DNA of 63,987 nucleotides, filler included, from Basidiobolus ranarum (Eukaryota): NCBI GenBank assembly GCA_040143965.1. It is 4 parts of 4 records of this genome, joined end to end, with 100 filler letters (N's around TTAATTAATTAA, not from the genome) between each part and the next. Parts side by side here need not be neighbours in the genome. Positions count along the whole stretch, not along the records: positions 50,900 to 63,987 come from JASJQH010000504.1; 3 more parts are not named here. One strand, 5' to 3'. Shown piece by piece: positions 56,075 to 63,987 of this stretch (position 1 is its first letter; each line of letters starts with the position of its first letter). The notes under the pieces were generated by a model. It saw only the letters and a program-made list of their open reading frames with translations, ran no database searches and was not told where the DNA came from. The position numbers and the translations under genes were made by a program.

Positions 56075-56561
56075 TGGATCTACAGTCATTCGCTGGTCCA
56101 TGAGCCTAATCTGGAAAATCAAAAATAGATTGGTGTGTAGTTCATTTTATAAATCTTTAGGGTTAGGATTGTCGATATTTTTGGTGACAGCTGGCAATTG
56201 CTGAGAAACGAATCATCTTTCAAACACATGTCTCTGTGGATATTTTATATCAATAGCCTAAAGAAAAGTCTCAAACTAAAGTGGAATGAAGTTTATCACT
56301 AGGCAACCATATTATGGTCAAATGTAAACCTTATCTTTCAAACAACCTTAGCTATAAATAGCGCTGTCCGCAACTACGGGCACCAAGTAGAATTTGAACA
56401 TCTCTCAACTTTACTGCTCAATTTGCCTTCCCCACCCAACACTCCACATCAACATTGACACAATACTATCACTACTCCTTAACATACTAGTGAAAACCAT
56501 TTCATTCAAAGACTTTTGGTAAAGGACTCTCCAGTCTACCGAGGATCAACAATAGAATAGA

Positions 56562-58501
56562 ATGAATTACAACAAATCCACGGATTATCTTCAAAGAGCT
56601 GACATGCTGGAGTCTAACACTCATCATCTCAACAATTATGAACAAAGCCTGCTATTTGGAAATAAGTATCAAACTTATAATCAAAATGCCCCGGTATCAT
56701 TAGAACAAGCGTATAACCAGAATGACTATAACAGACCGAGCGAGCCTTTCAATGCTCCTTCAATATCAGAATCTTTTCCTTACGCCAGCCACGACTTTCC
56801 AACACCAAATGTAGAAAGCAATGTGAATATTGCACATCAATCCATAGATTCCAGAAATTCCCTTCAACCTTCTGTAGCCATTAGTATGCAATCGATCATA
56901 CCAGGGCCAAAACATTCAGCAGGGTTAGGAACGAACCCAACCCCGAATTCAGGCCATCAAGACCAAGGTATCCTTCTATCTTGTAAACAAATAATTGACA
57001 GTTTGAACTAAATACAATGATTTAGATGAATCTATCTCAAATGCATGGAGATTGTGGTCAATAGGCCTCCGTCCAGTCGAATCTTTACCCGTTATTGGAG
57101 GGAATTGCCTGGGATCCGATGAAACCGATATTGCTGATGAAAAAAAATCACTTGTTAAATCTACAGCTAATATGAATTTAACTACCGATGTAGGCTATGA
57201 TAGAAACACAAATGTAGCTATGGAAAATGGTCAGCAAGGCTTAAAACTCTTCACCTAATACCAATCCTAATACCTCTAATCTTCTATATAGTTAACACCG
57301 ATATGTATCATCAAGGATACCCATTTAGCCCACCGCAAAATTACACTGCCAAGATTAATGGATATGAATCGGCTAGAAGCTTCCCACTTCAATTCCCCTA
57401 CACTAAAGTGAGATCTGCATCGGGAGATTCTGCTGGTAGATATACCTTTAATAATGGAACCAATAACTTCCTAAACTATAAATTGGCATCTAATCCGAAC
57501 ATGAATGAATATTCTTTCGAAAATGGCAATGCTCTGAATAGCGCAACCGAAAGCGGACTTGAGCCGCATCAAAATGACTACCATCAGGCATCATTACGAA
57601 TGCCATTTTATTCAACAGGCTATTCAGCTGGCAACCTGAATGCCCACCAATTACAGCAGCATACGGAAATGGCTGATAGCCCTTTTGTCGCATCATATTC
57701 ATCCTCCATTCCAAGTAATCCGGCCATATACGCTGGCAGAAAACGAGCGCAAAGTGACTCAGTCTCTTACAGTAATTGTCTTGCGAGCAAGATTCAATCA
57801 AACAGTGATCTATTTGACCCTTATATCCCCACTCGGAATAAGCGTTTTAGATCGCTGGATCTATCCTATACCAATGATAGTACCGGTTCTCAAACGTATG
57901 CCCAACCCGACAAATATTACACGGAGAAAGGAGAAGAGAGCATTGAAGACACCTACCTAGGAATCAATCTGGACGAATATAGGTACCCTATCCCTTGGGG
58001 ACCAGTCTTAGACCAAACCCTCTCCATGCCATTATTTGATATATCTCCATCGGATGTTGGGAATCCAGATGCGCGCCCTCGTCGTCAAAAAGCACGCTTT
58101 GACGGGGATTTATACACTCCTCAATGGGTAAGGTATAGCGGTCAGACTAAGGAAGGCTTCTGTCAACACTGTAAACCAGGCAAATGGTTACAATTGAAAA
58201 ATAGCGCCTATTGGTAAGCCTTTATTTGCACCGCTGATTCATCGCCAGATCATTCATTAATTTTATTTTGCTTTACAGGTATCACGTCCAATTCTACCAT
58301 GGTATATCAGCTACTTCAGGTCATTACTACCGAGCTCCCTTACAAATGAGCACCTTCGAAAATGGGATCAAAGGTATCTGTCACCAATGCCGTGAAGTGG
58401 TAGCGGTCTGTCATGCAAAAAAAAAAGATATGGCCTTGTGGTTCCGTCATGCACACAAATGTCATGTCCATCATAAACCCAAATCACTGAGAAAGCGTTA
58501 A
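56562..58501 (+). CDS. Rua1_C/DUF4451 (Meu26-like) zinc-finger transcription regulator with a long low-complexity N-terminus, 3 introns
   Basis: DLYTPQWVRYSGQTKEGFCQHCKPGKWLQLKNSAYWYHVQFYHGIS..GICHQC..WFRHAHKCH. Confidence 0.82.
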
Positions 58502-59354
58502 CTCGTTCATTTATTTTGACCAGAAAAATATCTTCCCAATATCATGGTCTCATCTACCAATCTAGATACGAAAGCCAAATGTCTTATATATTTAATTGAT
58601 GTTTTCACTTTATTTTTTGTGCGAACTTTTCTTCTCTGCATTGTACGCTCCAATGGACAATTTTTCAATACTAGTTATGTCAATACATTCTTCAGAAACC
58701 GTAAATAATCTTTCATTAAAATCACTGTCACCCTAGCATCGTGAAATTGATCAATGAAGCACTTGATTGTTAATCGTTAAACTCTTGATTGATTGGGATA
58801 TTCCAGTTTTCAAGGCACACTTACTGTAAATCCAATCAGTAACAGAGAATTTGAAACAAACAAGATCAAACTAACTCATTTTTGTATCATCAATCACACT
58901 TCATATAAGCACCAAATCTATGCATAGAGTCTTACGGAAAAGTGCAATTTGATCTATTTTTTTCGTTAACGTTGTAGAGAGCAATGACTCTATGGCACCA
59001 AGACCGATAATGCATCATTTGAATACATATTGAATATTATGGAGCTAAACATTGCCTCTACACAGAAATAAATTGACTATCAATTTTTAGTGATTTAAAC
59101 GTACTTTATTCCCATTCAACGGCTCCTTGGATCGTTTTGAGATTCGGAATTAGTACTATCAGGCAGGAAACTTACCAAACTCCCATTTATGTTGTAATTG
59201 TAAAAATGTACCGCTTTGATTGTTTTCACGAACTGCTTCCATGAAATATACAATCTAAACAAGTCCATTTTGCACTAAAATTTATATATTTGTTTGGAAT
59301 TTTCTTTTGCCCTGTATATATACTACGTGTAGGTTGAATGTAATGATGAATAGT

Positions 59355-60293
59355 CTAACTGTAAGTATCGATCAAAGAATCACGCATCTCGTTAACGATA
59401 GCTGTAGGTTGAGAATCTTGCAATTTGAAGATACTTTCAACAACAGACAACTCTGTAGAAGTCGAATCAAGACCGGCGAAAGCGCACCAATCGTTGACAA
59501 CAAGACCGGCTCCGATGACGTCGGAACCACGGTTGATGGTACCGGCGACAAGTGGAACTTGAAGGAGGGAAGATAATTCATCTTGATCTTGAACACTGGT
59601 TCTGGGGTGTACTAAACCACCTTGGTTACTGAAAGCGCAGTAACTTCCGACCAATACTTGATCAGCAACAGTTTGACGGAATACTTCAACTTGAAGGACA
59701 TCAGCAATGATCTCCTCGGTTTCTCTATCAATATCAGGATGAACAAGAGCAACATAGTCGTTACAGGCAATAACATTTCCTAAAGCAGAGAGACGCTCTT
59801 CGACACGTTGAATGGCAACCTTATCAGGTAGACTGTTACGTAAATGTTGAAGTTCCTGGAATGAAGATTAGATCTAATGCCATAATTGCAGTGTATATAT
59901 GAGGAGTATAAACCTGATCGGTGGTGGTGCCAGGGACCAAAAGACCTCTAGAATTACCGGCGGTAAGACGACCAATGATACGAGTACCAGCAATAGAAGT
60001 GTGAACTACAGGAACAACATCTCCCAATTCGCTTTCAAATACACTTTTGAAATAAATTGACAATGAAAACGTAAGTAAATATCCGATGAATTCAAAGCAA
60101 AGTATTAACACACCTGTAGAAATTCTCTGAGCCGCCAAGAGCAACCAAGCAGTAAGAATTGGTGAGGCGGGAGAAAACACCGATCTCGTTACTATTTTCA
60201 AATTGGGCGCCTATGGATCAACAAAAGGTAAGAAAAGAGTGATGGCAAAACCAAACAAGCAGTGATGCTGAAAAGCGACTTACGAACTGCCAT
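59355..60293 (-). CDS. TIF6: Eukaryotic translation initiation factor 6, multi-exon
   Basis: [55 protein letters not shown]. Confidence 0.97.
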
Positions 60294-62062
60294 TGTATTA
60301 ACAAAACGGAAATAGACAGACTTCTCTAACGAAATTGAGTATTCCTATATATGAAAATCGAGGACAAAAAAAAAACTGCGAGAAAAAAAAAGAACCTATC
60401 AATTTGTGATCGATATGATTTTGCGTAGGATTGTTTTGAACAATTGCGAGTAATTATTGGGAAAAAAACAGTCCAAAATCATTCTCTGATCCTTCAAAAA
60501 CCCATTGGCTGTCAGAATGAAAATAATATAATTATACTACATTTCCGCAGAGTTTCATCATCTCGGCACAGACTACGGAGAATCACACTTTTAGAGCTGC
60601 GGACTTGGCAGAGATACTGGATACTCTACTTCATCATCCGCAGCAATGAACCCAATCCTTAAGAGCTTCACTAGGAGCTAGGTTGACACTAACCACTCTA
60701 TAGGGATAATTTTTGTTGTCATGGGAGCATCATTTCCGGGAGACCTGCACAGCTGAAAACACAGGGACATGAACTGCAGTTAAAACCACTTCAGCGATAT
60801 TTGCTTCAACGCCGAAATACTCGATTCACATCGCCGAGATCACAAGCAACAGAGTAAGTCAGTCTCTACAAGAGATGCATTGGACTGTCAGATTGTCTTA
60901 TATTTTGATCACTGTAAGAATGAGGTAGACTTTTGGTTGTATATATCGTTACAAACTGCCAAGCGTAACCGCATAATCTGCTACTATGAGTATAGCTTGC
61001 TTTCATATCATAAGCATGCTAAGTGAAAGATATTGAAAGCAGCAATAATCGCTCTCGCTCTCGAACATGTATAGTGGTTTCAAGTCAAGAGATAGACATA
61101 GCTAGGACTAAAAAGAGGCCACCATTATTGACAAATCACCAACAAGTTAAATACCGTACTTATAAATCCCATGTCCTTGTTGATTTACTCCAGAATATTT
61201 ACATGAATTTCCAAGGGAGCAGTCCGCATGGGAAATACGTGCTCTATTGTTTCTGTGATTATTAGTTAAACTACAATTGCAAGTATCTGTTTAGTGTTGC
61301 AAAATGCCCTCATTAATCTCGGATCATAGCCCATTTGATCGAGGTTACAAAGCCTCAACGAATGTGTAGCTACTTGCTGACCAATTAGACCCTGCTTATG
61401 GATTACATCCAAAATGAAGTTGCAGTCCAATACAAATAAGAGGAATATAAGAAAGATCATGTGGAACTGGTGGTGGAATGATTGGTTTATTAATTACCGA
61501 TTATATCCTCGATGGTAATTCTTGTAGCCTGTGCCATGTGTGTGTCCTACCTTGAGAATAAGTAACAATGAAAAAAGTTCCTTGAAGGCCGTTCATATTG
61601 ATTCAAATACCAGTTAAGACGATCGAAAAAAATATCCTTGCGATGCCAGGTGAAACGGGAGTTGTTTGCTCGCTACCCACTTGGTTTAAACTTAAAATGA
61701 AAGCCAGCTAGCGGTACAAGCAAAGTTTTGATCTGAAAATAATAAATTAAATCTCGACGAGGATTTGGTTCAATAATCAAAACAACCAGCTGGCCGTCAT
61801 GAGCAGGGGGGTTAGGCCTGACTATTTGTACGAGTATCTTGCACATTTTGATACTCTCGCCAAGTTGAGGCCATTGTCCGGCCATACACTATTCCTCTAC
61901 CATCTAAACCAATTTTTTAATTCTGTTCTACCATTACCTACCTTTTGTTCTCAATTTCTTTTTTTATAGTCACCACCTGATATTTTTGTAATTCGCTAGT
62001 CGATAGCCGACTTTTATCTTTTTCCTAAATCACCACATAACTCAGAAAACTTCCTCATCACT

Positions 62063-63339
62063 ATGGAATCGGTCCAAGTATGTCCATTGACTTTGGTAAA
62101 TACCTTTTCAAACATCCTCTAATCGTTGTTTTATTTTAAGGTTTTTTCTAGAAGGGAAAGTACCGCGCTACAATCTAGTCTAGTGCCCAAGGAGAGCGGT
62201 TTATCCTCTAAAGTAGCCATATTTCCAAGCGGTACAGCTCATAAACAGTCTGCTAACACCACAGATACCCGAACCACACGAAGATCTAAACAAATTCTAG
62301 AAGATATTAGTAACATCAAGGTAAGCATCTGAAAATTCTCGAGTTTTTTTATCATGCTTAATGTATTGATATATATCTACTTATATTTCCTTTAAAGCCG
62401 GCTAAAATACATAAGCATGTCGATATTTCTCAGCATCAAGTTCCTCACTCCCATATCTCAAGAAAAGAAGGATCAGAGCTTTCTCCCGAAGATAGCCGAA
62501 TCCATGAAGAAGTAATCACGCTGGTACAGGAATTAGACCCTCTTCAAACTCCTGCAGAAGACAGATTTTCATTTTCCTCACCTTATGAGGACTCTAGTTT
62601 GATAGAATCAAAAACAACCGACAATACTGCTCTACTAAGCGATACAGAAAATAGACGTCTGGCAGTTGAGTTTGATGAGTTTATTGATATGGAATCAGAT
62701 ACCAACTCATCTCACTTGGACGAGAGAGATACAGCCATCGAAAGAATAGAATCGGACCCAACATACCATTGTGTAGAAGAGATGGACAGGAAGGATATCT
62801 CCATGGTTTCAGACTATGCTGATGACATCTTTGAATACTGGAGAGAGCTCGAGGTAAGGTTCTAAGAGAGAATTCCCGATTGTAGTGCAAATCTAATTTA
62901 TTTATCTGGTTTATTTTTATAGCAAAAAATGAAACCTAATCCAAATTACATGAGTCGCCAATCAGAACTTGAGTGGCACATGCGAGGTATTTTATTGGAC
63001 TGGCTGGTTCAAGTTCATGAGCGCTTCGGCATGCTTCAAGAAACCTTATTTCTTAGTGTGAATTACATTGATAGATTCCTTTCATTAAAGGAAGTCTCCA
63101 TCGAAAAGCTTCAACTTGTAGGTACAACGGCGTTGTTTATCGCAGCGAAGTATGAGGAGATTGCCGCACCAACTATTAATGAGATGATTTACATGGTATC
63201 CGGTACTTACACATGTGATGAGCTCAAGAAAGCTGAAAGATTTATGATCAACTTACTGAATTACGAGCTTGGTTTCCCGGGACCCCTCAGCTTCTTGAGA
63301 TGCTTATTGGACCCTTTGGACACCTCACAAAACCCTTAG
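62063..63339 (+). pseudogene. B-type cyclin, truncated after the N-terminal cyclin box (homology stops at about 63300)
   Basis: MVSDYADDIFEY, MRGILLDWLVQVH, LQLVGTTALFIAAKYEE, PGPLSFLR, then unrelated sequence and a stop. No Cyclin_C domain in the rest of the window. Confidence 0.8.
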
Positions 63340-63810
63340 GATTTTGCAATTATAGTTGCTGCTTACACCCTAAAACAACTACAAAATTAACACAATGGTG
63401 GGCTTTGATGGAGATATTGACACAATCTTGTGTTGGGTATGCACTAAACCTTGGGTTTGAAGAACTCTATAAAAATATTCAGGAGAAAATATTAAAGATA
63501 CTAGGGACTTTGAAGGTGACAAATTAGTGTTCAAGTGGAAATTGTGTAAAATTTGAGTTACATTTTTTGCACATGTGTTGATCCATAGTTCTCTGAAATT
63601 TTAGGCAATCATGCGTAACTATATTGCAAGATCTTGAAATTTCACTCCTGAAACTGAAAAAACCGATTAAAATCAAATCTAACTTGACAATTTTATGACA
63701 GTAAGTAAACGGTCAATCCCAAATGGATTAAAATTGTGGCAGTTTTCCTACAATAACAATCCTCAAATTGCTGTTAGGGTACATACAGAGATATTACCTT
63801 TGATAAAATA

Positions 63811-63987
63811 TTAACCAATCTGAACCCCATTTGATGCCCATCCAAGTTTTGCAATCAAAGGCTCCAAGAAGTTATCTATAAGCACTGGTGATTTAGGTCC
63901 AGATATGATGGATAGTATCAAAATATTGTCACTCTTATACCATTCAGAAGGAGGAAGATTTAAGTTTATTAAAATTATTGGCCAGCA
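63811..63987 (-). mobile_element. CACTA/CMC-EnSpm transposase (Tnp2/Transposase_21) fragment, decayed
   Basis: Minus strand from 63987 reads CWPIILINLNLPPSEWYKSDNILILSIISGPKSPVLIDNFLEPLIAKLGWASNGVQIG*, matching the Tnp2 block WP...NLPP...GPK.P..ID.FL.PL..L. The element probably extends to about 63300. Confidence 0.82.

Noticed and set aside
60444-61885. Short ORFs between eIF6 and cyclin B
   Set aside because: Could not be spliced into a coherent protein and match no family I recognise.

Overview
AT-rich eukaryotic DNA with many short GT-AG introns, from an early-diverging fungus (Zoopagomycota/Mucoromycota; Basidiobolus-like is an inference from gene content and intron style). The window is not one locus. 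It is four contigs (1-16879, 16980-33855, 33956-50799, 50900-end) joined by 100-nt N spacers carrying a TTAATTAATTAA linker, and the first three have near-identical descending lengths. About 19 protein genes are recognisable: BRO1, a probable Integrator subunit INTS10, an EamA transporter, a CDF zinc transporter, BCKDH E2, DUF3605, HUL5/UBE3C, RPL8, partial eEF2, TPI, NIPA, GDT1, a UTP30-like protein, a ZNFX1-like helicase, partial MetRS, calreticulin, a Rua1/DUF4451 regulator, eIF6 and a truncated cyclin B. Contig ends are filled with stacked Ty1/copia LTRs and decayed gag-pol, and a CACTA transposase fragment ends the window. The best leads are: a multi-exon INTS10-like gene hidden by its introns, which would imply a fungal Integrator complex; a ZNFX1-like helicase with a C-terminal RZ-type finger; an in-frame stop or coding-like intron in BRO1; a cyclin B cut off next to a CACTA remnant; and a copia element with a half-tRNA(iMet)-type primer site. 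All family calls are from motif recognition by eye and recalled sequences; no searches were run.
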